DNA of 64,000 bases from NCBI GenBank assembly GCA_038215845.1, contig JBBQQN010000001.1:451-64450 (forward strand), written 5' to 3'. Each line of letters starts with the position of its first letter. Positions within the stretch are counted from its first letter, which is position 1. The notes under the pieces were generated by a model. It was given only the letters and a program-made list of their open reading frames with translations. It made no database searches and was not told where the DNA came from. This stretch comes from Flavobacteriales bacterium. GTDB taxonomy: Bacteria > Bacteroidota > Bacteroidia > Flavobacteriales > Flavobacteriaceae. Both the position numbers and the translations under genes were made by a program. This document shows positions 48,252 to 57,694 of the stretch, in pieces.

Positions 48252-49064
48252 ATGAAAAAATTACTTTCTATTATGGCGCTTGCCGCAATGGTCTTTGTAG
48301 GCACTTTAAACGCGAATGCTTCAACAGCAGCTCAAACAATGCCAACCAGCTCCCAAGCTTTAGTAACTTTAGCAACCATGTCCATTATACAGGATGAGGC
48401 TGCTCCTGCCGCTGAGCAAAGCAAAGGATTTCATCAAGAATTAAAAGAACGTTTCGTGGAAGGTGGTCCCGGTTTTATGGGGATTGTACTTTTATGTTTA
48501 ATTCTAGGTTTAGCAATTGCTATTGAAAGAATTATTTACCTAAACCTTTCTACAACCAATACGCAAAAACTTGCGCAAGAAGTAGAAGATGCCTTAAATA
48601 GTGGTGGTATAGAAGCAGCAAAAGAAGTTTGCCGTAATACCAAAGGACCTGTAGCGTCCATCTATTATCAAGGTCTTGACCGTGCCCACGAAGGCATCGA
48701 CATTGCCGAAAAGGCAGTTGTTGCTTACGGTGGTGTACAAATGGGCCAATTGGAAAAGAATGTTTCTTGGATATCATTATTTATCGCACTTGCTCCTATG
48801 CTTGGTTTCATGGGTACAGTAATTGGGATGATTATTGCTTTCGATAAAATTCAATCTGCAGGTGATATGAACCCTTCATTAGTAGCGGGTGGTATTAAAG
48901 TGGCACTTTTAACAACCGTATTCGGTTTGATCGTGGCTATTATTCTTCAAATATTTTATAATTATATTATCGCAAAAATTGATAGTATAGTGAACAGTAT
49001 GGAAGATGCATCCATTACATTGATCGATATGTTGTTCGATTACAAAACAAAAAACAAAATCTAA
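48252..49064 (+). CDS. exbB: MotA/TolQ/ExbB proton-channel protein
   Basis: 270 aa with a signal-like N-terminus. The C-terminal TM trio carries LGFMGTVIGMI and VALLTTVFGL. Confidence 0.9.
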   Translation: MKKLLSIMALAAMVFVGTLNANASTAAQTMPTSSQALVTLATMSIIQDEAAPAAEQSKGFHQELKERFVEGGPGFMGIVLLCLILGLAIAIERIIYLNLSTTNTQKLAQEVEDALNSGGIEAAKEVCRNTKGPVASIYYQGLDRAHEGIDIAEKAVVAYGGVQMGQLEKNVSWISLFIALAPMLGFMGTVIGMIIAFDKIQSAGDMNPSLVAGGIKVALLTTVFGLIVAIILQIFYNYIIAKIDSIVNSMEDASITLIDMLFDYKTKNKI

Positions 49065-49077
49065 AATAAACCATAAG

Positions 49078-49500
49078 ATGGCATTACATAAAATTTTAAA
49101 AATAGTGGCATTGCTTCTTAGTGTTGCGGGGATTATTTTTCTTGCAATGATCATCGCGAAAGGTGATGTAGAAGTTGCAGCAACCGGTGATGGCGTAGAT
49201 GGCTTTTTATATGTAGCCTATATCACATTCGCAATAACCCTTCTCTTTGTTCTCTTTTTTGTACTAAAAGGAATTTTTGAGGGAAATATTAAAAGTACCT
49301 TACTTTCAGTAGGAGCCTTTTTCCTCGTGTTTGTTATTTCATACGTGTTGGCTGATGGAACCCCAATGACTGTTGGTGAAGAAGTACTTTCTGCAAGCGG
49401 CTCAAAATGGGTTGATACAGGATTGTACGCATTCTACATAATGGCCATATTGGCAGTAGGCGCAATGGTTTTCAGCGGAATTAAAAAAGTAACAAAATAA
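49078..49500 (+). CDS. Four-TM membrane protein embedded in the exbB-exbD cluster
   Basis: 140 aa and hydrophobic. Tightly packed between exbB and exbD. Confidence 0.55.
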   Translation: MALHKILKIVALLLSVAGIIFLAMIIAKGDVEVAATGDGVDGFLYVAYITFAITLLFVLFFVLKGIFEGNIKSTLLSVGAFFLVFVISYVLADGTPMTVGEEVLSASGSKWVDTGLYAFYIMAILAVGAMVFSGIKKVTK

Positions 49501-50120
49501 TGGCAAGAAGAGCAACACCGGAAGTTAACGCAGGGTCTATGGCAGACATAGCATTCCTGTTGCTTATCTTTTTCTTGGTAACAACTACCATAGAAAAGGA
49601 TAAAGGAATTGCACGACAGTTACCTCCAATAGAAGATATAGTTGATCCACCAAAGATTAAGGAGAAAAACCTTTTTATTGTAACAGTTAATAAGAACGAT
49701 CAACTTCTCGTTGAAGAAAGTTTGATGGAACTTAAAGATTTACGCAAAGCGGCCATAGCATTCTTGGATAATGGCGGAGCGTCTTCTGGAACTGCAGAAT
49801 ATTGTAATTACTGTAGGGGAAAACGTGATCCTGCTTCATCAGACAATCCTGATAAAGCTGTAATCTCTGTTCAAAATGACAGGCTTACATCCTATAAAAT
49901 GTATATAGCTGTACAAAACGAATTGGTAGCTGCTTACAACTTTTTAAGGGATCGGGAATCACAAAGACTATATGGTTGGAAGTTTACTGAAGTAAGTAAA
50001 GCCATTGACGAAGGTAGTTATAAAGGAAATGAAGCGGATGCCCAGGCAAAGTTGGAGAACATTCAAAAATTGTTCCCCTTAAAACTGTCAGAAGCCGAAC
50101 CTAAGAAATCAGGAACCTAA
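49500..50120 (+). CDS. exbD: ExbD/TolR-family biopolymer transport protein
   Basis: N-terminal MADIAFLLLIFFLVTTT helix. The start overlaps the previous stop codon. Confidence 0.85.
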   Translation: MARRATPEVNAGSMADIAFLLLIFFLVTTTIEKDKGIARQLPPIEDIVDPPKIKEKNLFIVTVNKNDQLLVEESLMELKDLRKAAIAFLDNGGASSGTAEYCNYCRGKRDPASSDNPDKAVISVQNDRLTSYKMYIAVQNELVAAYNFLRDRESQRLYGWKFTEVSKAIDEGSYKGNEADAQAKLENIQKLFPLKLSEAEPKKSGT

Positions 50121-50134
50121 TAATTTAAAAGAAG

Positions 50135-50608
50135 ATGTCAAAGTTTACAAAGAAAAAGAGCAGCGAATTGCCAGCCGTGAATACAGCATCTCTTCCGGAT
50201 ATTGTATTTATGTTACTATTCTTCTTTATGGTGGTAACTGTATTGCGCGATGACAATTTACTGGTTAAAAATACCCTTCCAAAAGCCGATCAAGTAGAAA
50301 AGCTTAAAAAAGACCGTTCAGTATTTATCTATGCTGGGAAACCCAGTGCTAGATATCAAGACAAGTACGGAAAGGAAGGTAAAATTCAAATTGGTGATAA
50401 ATATACTGATGTATCAAGTTTAAAATTTGCTTTAACTGAAGCCAGACAAAAACTTCGTCCTGAATTGCAGGATAAAGTAATGGTAGCTTTAAAAGTGGAC
50501 GAAGAGACTAATACAGGACTTGTTACTGATATAAAGCAACAATTACGGGATTTAAATATGTTGAAAATAATATATATTACTTCCCCAGGAAATGAAATAG
50601 AGCAATAA
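50135..50608 (+). CDS. exbD: ExbD/TolR-family biopolymer transport protein (second copy)
   Basis: LPDIVFMLLFFFMVVT helix, 157 aa. Confidence 0.85.
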   Translation: MSKFTKKKSSELPAVNTASLPDIVFMLLFFFMVVTVLRDDNLLVKNTLPKADQVEKLKKDRSVFIYAGKPSARYQDKYGKEGKIQIGDKYTDVSSLKFALTEARQKLRPELQDKVMVALKVDEETNTGLVTDIKQQLRDLNMLKIIYITSPGNEIEQ

Positions 50609-50632
50609 TATATACAGGTAATTATTATATTG

Positions 50633-50660
50633 AGCACCTTGTTTACAAGGTGCTTTTTTT
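50633..50660 (+). terminator. Terminator after the exbD cluster
   Basis: agcaccttg ttta caaggtgct hairpin followed by T7. Confidence 0.7.
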
Positions 50661-50697
50661 GTTTCCCATATTCTGAAAATACATTTATCTTTATCGA

Positions 50698-51405
50698 ATG
50701 CTACAGGCTTCCAAAATTTTTTTCTACTTCTTTGTTGCTCTTTTTGCTACCACAGCTGTGGCCCAAGACAGTATTGCTCATACAACCGTGGACTCGGTAT
50801 ACAGGGAGGATCAGTTTTATATAGGTGCCACTTACAATCTATTGATGAGCGTGCCATCAAGTGTTAGCCTTAGAGGTCTTTCTGGAGGTGTACAATTGGG
50901 TTTCGTTAGGGATATGCCTATTAATAAAAGACGCAATATTGCGGTTGCTGTGGGTGCGGGAATAGCTTTTGATCAATTTGGGCAGAATCTTTTTATAGGG
51001 GAAAGCGAAGATGGTAAAACAATTTTTAAAGTTCTGAATGAAGCAAATGTCAACTTCACGCGAAACCGTTTTAGTATGGCTTTGATAGAAGCCCCCATAG
51101 AATTTAGATGGAGATCTTCAACTCCTACATCATACAGGTTTTGGAGGGTTTATACAGGCGTAAGGGTAGGTTATGCCTATTGGTATCAAGCCACTTTTAA
51201 ACAGCCAGGCAATACGGTCTATCAATCAAAAATACCTGAATTTGATCCACTTCGATTATCCGCAACTTTAAGCTTTGGGTATAACACCTTTAATTTTTTC
51301 GCTTCCTATTCTATAAATCCTTTTTTTAAGGATGCATTTACCGCTGAAGGGGAACAAGTAGATTTTAGAACCGTTAAACTCGGTTTGATGTTTTACGTGC
51401 TATAA
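50698..51405 (+). CDS. PorT-like outer-membrane beta-barrel protein
   Basis: 235 aa with a signal peptide, alternating beta-strand pattern and a C-terminal ...LGLMFYVL. Confidence 0.6.
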   Translation: MLQASKIFFYFFVALFATTAVAQDSIAHTTVDSVYREDQFYIGATYNLLMSVPSSVSLRGLSGGVQLGFVRDMPINKRRNIAVAVGAGIAFDQFGQNLFIGESEDGKTIFKVLNEANVNFTRNRFSMALIEAPIEFRWRSSTPTSYRFWRVYTGVRVGYAYWYQATFKQPGNTVYQSKIPEFDPLRLSATLSFGYNTFNFFASYSINPFFKDAFTAEGEQVDFRTVKLGLMFYVL

Positions 51406-52008
51406 CCAAAAATTGAATAACAGCAATTGCGGAAGTATTCCTACCAATAAACCTAGTCCAAGTTCCGGATAATTGTGCGAATCATTATTTAATCTGGAAG
51501 AAGCCACCCAACCGTTCACAAATAGAAAGAAACTAATGGTAAATAGAATATTTACTTTGAAGTGAGCGCTAAGGCCAACCAAGAATGCTAATATTCCTGC
51601 AACACCTATTTGGTGCAAGCTTATTTTGAATTTGAAAAATACCAGTATGAGCGCACTAAAGGCAGAGAAGAGAATCCCTACAAAAAAATAATACATTTCT
51701 GGATCGTCATAAGGATCAAAAACCATTTTGATAATCAGAAATAGAAGAACGCATTGTATCATTAACGGATATTTTCTTTCCCTTACTTCTTTTAAATGTA
51801 TTGTGTCTACTAAGCCTAAATTTTTTAGTAAGAAAAAGATAACAATAGGAATGAAGAGTGTGATAATAGCTATTGCAAAAAATTTGGACAGAACAAAATC
51901 TGGCTCAATATAGCGAGGTGTAATGAGGTAATAAATAGCTGTGCCAATTAACGGCATCAATAAGGGATGAAATAAATAAGAGGCTACTTTTAAGAATGCG
52001 TTCATCAA
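51400..52008 (-). CDS. Polytopic membrane protein downstream of rpoN (weak PAP2-like motifs)
   Basis: 202 aa with about 6 TM helices. KEVRERKYP, SAH and SRLNNDSHNYPE loosely resemble PAP2 motifs. A 4-nt overlap links it to rpoN. Confidence 0.55.
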   Translation of the reverse strand: MMNAFLKVASYLFHPLLMPLIGTAIYYLITPRYIEPDFVLSKFFAIAIITLFIPIVIFFLLKNLGLVDTIHLKEVRERKYPLMIQCVLLFLIIKMVFDPYDDPEMYYFFVGILFSAFSALILVFFKFKISLHQIGVAGILAFLVGLSAHFKVNILFTISFFLFVNGWVASSRLNNDSHNYPELGLGLLVGILPQLLLFNFWL

Positions 52009-53468
52009 ATTTCTTTTCTAAGTCGAGCTACTGGTAAATCCAATTGTTCCCTATATTTTGCAATGGTCCTTCTTGCAATTGGATATCCTTTTTCCAATAA
52101 AATTTTCGCCAACTTATCATCTGTAAGGGGTCTTCGCTTGTCTTCTTCGGAAATCGTGATCTCTAATATTTTTTTTATTTCTTTTGTCGAAACATCCTCT
52201 CCCTGGTCGTTTTTCATTGATTCACTAAAAAAATCTTTTATAAGCCTCGTGCCATAAGGGGTGTCTACATATTTACTATTGGCCACACGCGATACCGTGG
52301 AAACATCCATGTTTATTTTGTCCGCAATATCTTTTAAAATCATTGGCTTTAACTTTCGCTCATCACCGCTCAAAAAATATTCTTTCTGCTGTCGCATAAT
52401 TTCATTCATGGTTACAAAAAGCGTTTGCTGCCGCTGTTTAATGGCGTCTATAAACCATTTGGCGGCATCCAGTTTTTGTTTTATGAACATTACCGCATCC
52501 TTTTGCGATTTTGATTTGTCTTTCGCTTCTTTATAACCCTTCAACATATTGGTATAGTCCCGGGAAACATGAAGCTCCGGTGCGTTTCTGCCATTTAGGG
52601 TTAAGTCCAGTTCACCGTCAATTATCTTAATGGCGAAATCTGGCACTACGTGTTCCGCTATTCGCGTATTTCCGGAATAAGTACCTCCTGGTTTTGGGTT
52701 CAAACTCTCAATTTCATGAATTGCATCGCGAAGTTGGTCTTCTGTAATATCGAATTTTTGCAGTAATTTTTTATAGTGCTTTTTGCTGAAATGATCAAAG
52801 GAATCTTCAATAATGTCTTTTGCTAAAGTAACCGATGGAGTCGGCTCCCGGCGGTGCAACTGTAGTAAAAGACATTCCTGAAGATCGCGTGCTGCCACTC
52901 CAGCGGGATCTAGATCTTGAACTATTTTTAAAACTTTTTCGACCCTTTCTTCTGTAGTGTATACATTTTGCGTAAACGCCAAATCATCAACAATTTCTTG
53001 AATTTTCCTACGGATATAACCACTTTCATCCACACTGCCCACTAAAAATTTGGCAATTTCCTCCTCTTCTTCATCCATCCTATACGTACTCAATTGCTGC
53101 ATTAAATGCTGGTTGAATGAAGTTCCGGCGGCGTAGGGCATCTGTCGTTCTTCGTCATCAGCGCTGTAATTGTTGGCAGAAAGCTTGTAGCTTGGCACTT
53201 CGTCATCACTTAAATAATCGTCTACGTTTATGTCGGTTTCAATTACTTCGTTCCCTTCGTCATAATTATCATCGTATTCATTATTTTCAAACTCATCATC
53301 AAAATCTTCAGTTTCCTCCTTACCGCCTTCCAGGGCTGGATTTTCTTCCAATTCTTGGGATATACGTTGCTCAAAAGCCTGCGTAGGCAGTTGAATCATC
53401 TTCATCAACTGTATTTGTTGCGGAGATAACTTCTGGGATAATTTAAAACTAAGCTGCTGTTTTAACAT
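52005..53468 (-). CDS. rpoN: RNA polymerase sigma-54 factor
   Basis: N-terminal Gln-rich region I, an acidic region II, and a C-terminal HTH plus RpoN box ARRTIAKYREQL. Confidence 0.95.
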   Translation of the reverse strand: MLKQQLSFKLSQKLSPQQIQLMKMIQLPTQAFEQRISQELEENPALEGGKEETEDFDDEFENNEYDDNYDEGNEVIETDINVDDYLSDDEVPSYKLSANNYSADDEERQMPYAAGTSFNQHLMQQLSTYRMDEEEEEIAKFLVGSVDESGYIRRKIQEIVDDLAFTQNVYTTEERVEKVLKIVQDLDPAGVAARDLQECLLLQLHRREPTPSVTLAKDIIEDSFDHFSKKHYKKLLQKFDITEDQLRDAIHEIESLNPKPGGTYSGNTRIAEHVVPDFAIKIIDGELDLTLNGRNAPELHVSRDYTNMLKGYKEAKDKSKSQKDAVMFIKQKLDAAKWFIDAIKQRQQTLFVTMNEIMRQQKEYFLSGDERKLKPMILKDIADKINMDVSTVSRVANSKYVDTPYGTRLIKDFFSESMKNDQGEDVSTKEIKKILEITISEEDKRRPLTDDKLAKILLEKGYPIARRTIAKYREQLDLPVARLRKEI

Positions 53469-53607
53469 GAGTGTTTCTAAGTAGCTAAAGTTAAAAAAAA
53501 CTCGGTACTTATTGTTGTTGGGGCTTAGTTTTAATTAAATATTAAGGTTTGGATTGGTCTTTATTGCGGAGGAGGTTTTTTTGCTACAAGAAAACCAAGT
53601 TTTGGAT

Positions 53608-56109
53608 CTAAAAATATATCCTCAGTACAGCATTGGGGGTAATACCCAAAGAACGTTGATGTGTTTCAACTACCATTTCGTTATCTAATTGGTAAAAACT
53701 ATTGATCTCGTTTTCTTTGTCCAATATATTCCAAACTGAAGCACCAAATTCTCCTTTCACTTTTTGGTTAAATTTAAAATTATAAAGGGCAGAGATATCC
53801 ATTCTCATATAATCTTTTAGATTTTTATTGTTGGTTCCGGCATAATTTATTTCGTTGTTGGTTATTTCATTTCCTGCTATTGGTGAGGTAATCGGCTTTC
53901 CAGTATGCCAATTGAAACCCGTCGATATTTTAAGGTTTTTTGCAGTATATGAAGTGCCAACCTTAATGGCGTGCTCGATATCCAGATTGCTGGGAAAGGA
54001 ACCTGCCTCCAATTTTTTGAAGGTATATTTATTGTCCATATAGGAATAGCTTAACCAGAAATTTAAATTGCTAATGTTTTTTCTTAAAAGTACATCCAAA
54101 CCCTTAACATCGTAACTTCCGCTAGCTTTTACAAATTCGTATTGATTTTGAAAACCTTGACTCTGGGCGGTTATGCCAGCTACATTTTTGTAATAGCCCT
54201 CGGCACTTACCAACCACCCTTTTTTGCTAAAATTGATGCCTGTAGAAATCTGTTTGCTTTTTATAATGGGAATATCTTCATTATTTGATAATTGCCATCT
54301 TCGTTTTTCAATTCCCAAGAAATCATTTTGAAAATTGATAATTTGTGAAGTGTTTTGATTTTTAAACTCCCCCAATACTTCAAAAGTGAAATTTTCAAAA
54401 AATCGCTGCGTAAAACTCAACCTTGGCTCCCAGATCTGCTTATTTAACTTTTCAATATAATTAAACCGAACACCTGTATTTACAATAGTTCTGTTGTTTA
54501 TGGATTTATAGCCAATTTGCGAAAACACACTGTGGGTCCTCACCACTTCCGATACCAAAGAACGAAATAAGGGTAAATCCACATCGTCCAGATTGGTAAC
54601 TTCCGTTTCAACAAAATGATATCCGCTCAAAAGCTGATATTTTTCATTGAATTGATACTCCATTTTCAGTTTAAGGCTAGTTTCCGAAACCACATTTTCC
54701 TGCTTAAACCGTTGTGATTCCAGAACATTGGCATTGATGGCCTTTAGCTTATAATCTGTTTCGTAACTTTCAAAAGAAGTTTGTAGATGGGAATTCCAAA
54801 TGCGATTGTAATACACGGCCCCCGCGATGCTGTTTTGTGATAAACTGCTCTCCCGGGAAACCTGCTCGTTACCCATGCCAGCATTCTCATTAAATTGAAG
54901 CTCGTTGGAAACATTTATAAAATTGAGCCGAAGTTCATCTTTGTCACTTATTTTGTATATCCACCGAAGAGAAGTATCATAAAAATCAAACTTTTTATCA
55001 GAATTCGTTGCGCTGCCTATATTACTTTGCACTTCTGTATTTTGTGAGATCCTTTCAAAAAATTCATTATAGGTTGGCGTTTTTATAAAATCACTAATTG
55101 ATTTTCGCCCTGCAACTTGAAGGGAAGATTTTTGGCCAATAGGAATATCTGCAAAAACGTTTGCGTCTATTAAATTCAGTCCAATACTTGCATTGAATTT
55201 ATTGTTTAGGCTATCACTGGTCTGCATTGCAATGGTTCCCGAAACACCGTCTGTGTAGGTTGCATCTGTTCCATTTTTGTGAAGGGAAACCTTTTGGGTT
55301 ATTTGGGGATTGTAAATGGAAATTAAGCCGAAAAAATGCCCGGACTGGTACATTTTAATGCCGTCCCAAAGGATAAGGTTTTGGTCGTGCGTGCCCCCTC
55401 GAATGTTGATGTCTGAAACTGTCTCGTTTATACTTTGAATGCCAGGAAACGCTTGTACGGCCTGTAAAACGTCATTATCGATTACCCCGGGCAAAATACC
55501 AAAATGCGAAAAATCTATAACAAAGGAGCCGTCGTTTATTTTATTGATTCCGGGAGTAATGTAGTTGGAAAGCAACACTTCGGACAATGATTGAAAATTG
55601 GGAAGCATATAAATATCAGCGCAGTTTTTTTTTGCAAACTCTTTATAGGATTTGGTGATTGTTTTGTAACCTAGAAAGCGAATATTTATTTTTTCGAATT
55701 CACTTTCAATTTTTAATTGAAAAAAACCATTTTCATCGGTTACCTCATAATTTTCAGCACTTTGTATTGTTGCGAAAACCAGTGGATTTTGGTTGTCAAT
55801 ATCCTTGAGGTAGCCGCATAGAAAAACGGCTTCTTTTTGTTTTATCAAAATAAGATTGTCATTCATTTTGGTGAATAAGAGTCCAGTGTTATTTTCAAGA
55901 TAAAACAAACTGGTGTCAAGGGATGAATTTGTGGAAGGTGGAAGTAAATAAATATTATTTATTAAGTCCTCAGCATAGTTAAATTGAACATTGTATTTTT
56001 CCTGAAGCCCAGAAATTATTTCCGTTAGAGGTTGCCTCTCTTGCGAATAGGCGCTAAAACAGGCCAGCAGCAACAAAACAAACCATAGCCGTTTACTTGT
56101 TTTTTCCAC
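53608..56109 (-). CDS. TonB-dependent receptor (transducer type) with an N-terminal STN signalling domain
   Basis: 833 aa. After the signal peptide comes an STN-like segment (EIISGLQEKYNVQFNY...), then CarbopepD_reg, a plug and a barrel ending ...VLRIYF. Confidence 0.85.
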   Translation of the reverse strand: MEKTSKRLWFVLLLLACFSAYSQERQPLTEIISGLQEKYNVQFNYAEDLINNIYLLPPSTNSSLDTSLFYLENNTGLLFTKMNDNLILIKQKEAVFLCGYLKDIDNQNPLVFATIQSAENYEVTDENGFFQLKIESEFEKINIRFLGYKTITKSYKEFAKKNCADIYMLPNFQSLSEVLLSNYITPGINKINDGSFVIDFSHFGILPGVIDNDVLQAVQAFPGIQSINETVSDINIRGGTHDQNLILWDGIKMYQSGHFFGLISIYNPQITQKVSLHKNGTDATYTDGVSGTIAMQTSDSLNNKFNASIGLNLIDANVFADIPIGQKSSLQVAGRKSISDFIKTPTYNEFFERISQNTEVQSNIGSATNSDKKFDFYDTSLRWIYKISDKDELRLNFINVSNELQFNENAGMGNEQVSRESSLSQNSIAGAVYYNRIWNSHLQTSFESYETDYKLKAINANVLESQRFKQENVVSETSLKLKMEYQFNEKYQLLSGYHFVETEVTNLDDVDLPLFRSLVSEVVRTHSVFSQIGYKSINNRTIVNTGVRFNYIEKLNKQIWEPRLSFTQRFFENFTFEVLGEFKNQNTSQIINFQNDFLGIEKRRWQLSNNEDIPIIKSKQISTGINFSKKGWLVSAEGYYKNVAGITAQSQGFQNQYEFVKASGSYDVKGLDVLLRKNISNLNFWLSYSYMDNKYTFKKLEAGSFPSNLDIEHAIKVGTSYTAKNLKISTGFNWHTGKPITSPIAGNEITNNEINYAGTNNKNLKDYMRMDISALYNFKFNQKVKGEFGASVWNILDKENEINSFYQLDNEMVVETHQRSLGITPNAVLRIYF

Positions 56110-57004
56110 GAATGATAACTTGATTTGATTGACTCAATTCATAGGTCATATTCATAGGTTGAGTGATGGAAATCACGGCATTTTCTAAATTATTGTGCAC
56201 AAAACCTCCGGTAAATAATCTCTTTGTATTTACATTTTCACTTGTTATTTTAATGTTATACTGCCGTTCCAATTCGGCTAAAACTTCGTCGAACGGAACT
56301 GCATCAAAATCACTCATATTATCGGTCCAAGATGGAAGGGAAGAAATTGTGTGGCCTTCTGTAAATTTATTATTGAGAATTCTATACGTTTCACCCGCAT
56401 GCAATTCTCTTTTAATAGTATCGGATACAACCTTAACAATACCCTCGAAACATTTAACTTCAAAAAAATGTTCCCGTTGTTTCACATTAAATTGCGTTCC
56501 CACTACAGTAACGATCGCGCTTTTGGTAACAACATCAAAAGTTTTGCCTTTGGCTACTTTAAAATAAGCTTCCCCTTCAAGTTTAACCAATCTTTTATCA
56601 TCCCATTTTTTCTCGTTGTACTTAATGGTTGATAGGGCATTCAATATAACTTGCGAGTGGTCCGGAATCTCAATGGTTATTTTTTCTCCTGCTTCGGTTT
56701 CAATGTGTGTAAGGTTATTGTGAAAAAAGACAAAGTATAGCCCCAATGCAATTACCAAAATACTGGCAATTTTTAAAAACGGGCTGACCCAATTTAATTT
56801 TTTAACTGTTTTTTTTTGTGAACGGTAATTTTCCTTAAAAGAATCAAAATCGTCAATTTCTGAAAAATGGGAAGCTTTGAAATATTCTGCATTTTCAAGG
56901 ATAACTTGATTAATTTGCGCATCCTCCAGCTTGCTGAAAGTTTCTTTTTCAGCATCGGTCAACTCTCCGCGCAGCCATTTTTTTATTAAATTCTCTTTCT
57001 CCAT
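56093..57004 (-). CDS. FecR-family anti-sigma factor
   Basis: 303 aa with a single TM helix (ASILVIALGLYFVFF) and a FecR domain. A 17-nt overlap links it to the TBDR gene. Confidence 0.85.
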   Translation of the reverse strand: MEKENLIKKWLRGELTDAEKETFSKLEDAQINQVILENAEYFKASHFSEIDDFDSFKENYRSQKKTVKKLNWVSPFLKIASILVIALGLYFVFFHNNLTHIETEAGEKITIEIPDHSQVILNALSTIKYNEKKWDDKRLVKLEGEAYFKVAKGKTFDVVTKSAIVTVVGTQFNVKQREHFFEVKCFEGIVKVVSDTIKRELHAGETYRILNNKFTEGHTISSLPSWTDNMSDFDAVPFDEVLAELERQYNIKITSENVNTKRLFTGGFVHNNLENAVISITQPMNMTYELSQSNQVIIRGKNK

Positions 57005-57051
57005 CTATCAATTACTTTATTATAGAACAACTTGAGCCTTTTTTCTCCTGA

Positions 57052-57576
57052 TTATTTTATTTTAAAACCTTCCAATTCGTTCTTCAAAATAGTAAAAGCA
57101 CTGTATATTCTGTATTCAACAACCTTTTGGGTTACCCCTAAAATTTCTGCTATTTCACTGTGTTTTTTGCCATCGGCCTTATTCATTAAAAAGGCGACAC
57201 GTTGTTCTTCGGTCAAACTTTCCAGAACTTTTTTATAGCGTTCCAAAAACTGCGCTTTCTCCAAAATAAATTCCGGGGTTTCATTGGTATGGTTTTCCTT
57301 TTTTATCTGTTGATGCTTTAAGACCACTTTTTGGTGCTTTACTTCATTCAACATCATATTATTTGCAATGGTAAAAAGGTATGATTTCGCTTTGCTGGGA
57401 ACCACTTTTTTGCAATTGTCCCACAATTTTATAAATGCATCCTGCGCTATATCATTGGGGTTAAATTGTTCTCCATATTTATAGTACAAAAAGTCATGCA
57501 GGCCTTTTGCATATTTTTTATAAATACGTTCAAAAACCATTTCTTCGCAAATAGTATCCTTGAGGTCTTTTGGCAA
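57052..57576 (-). CDS. ECF-type RNA polymerase sigma-70 family factor
   Basis: 174 aa with region 2 (DIAQDAFIKLW) and a region 4 HTH (HSEIAEILGVTQKVVEYRI). Confidence 0.9.
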   Translation of the reverse strand: MPKDLKDTICEEMVFERIYKKYAKGLHDFLYYKYGEQFNPNDIAQDAFIKLWDNCKKVVPSKAKSYLFTIANNMMLNEVKHQKVVLKHQQIKKENHTNETPEFILEKAQFLERYKKVLESLTEEQRVAFLMNKADGKKHSEIAEILGVTQKVVEYRIYSAFTILKNELEGFKIK

Positions 57577-57694
57577 AATTGAAATTTTATGTGGCTAAGT
57601 TATTGAAATATTCTTTCAATTTTTTTCAGGAGTTTTTACAATTGAGTTGTTTTATAATAAAAAAGCATGCAATTGTTTGTGAAATCCTGATTCT

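Noticed and set aside
50630-50824. A 64-aa plus-strand ORF overlapping the exbD terminator and the start of the PorT-like gene.
   Set aside because: It is out of frame with and overlaps a better-supported gene that has a proper signal peptide, and it begins within the terminator hairpin.
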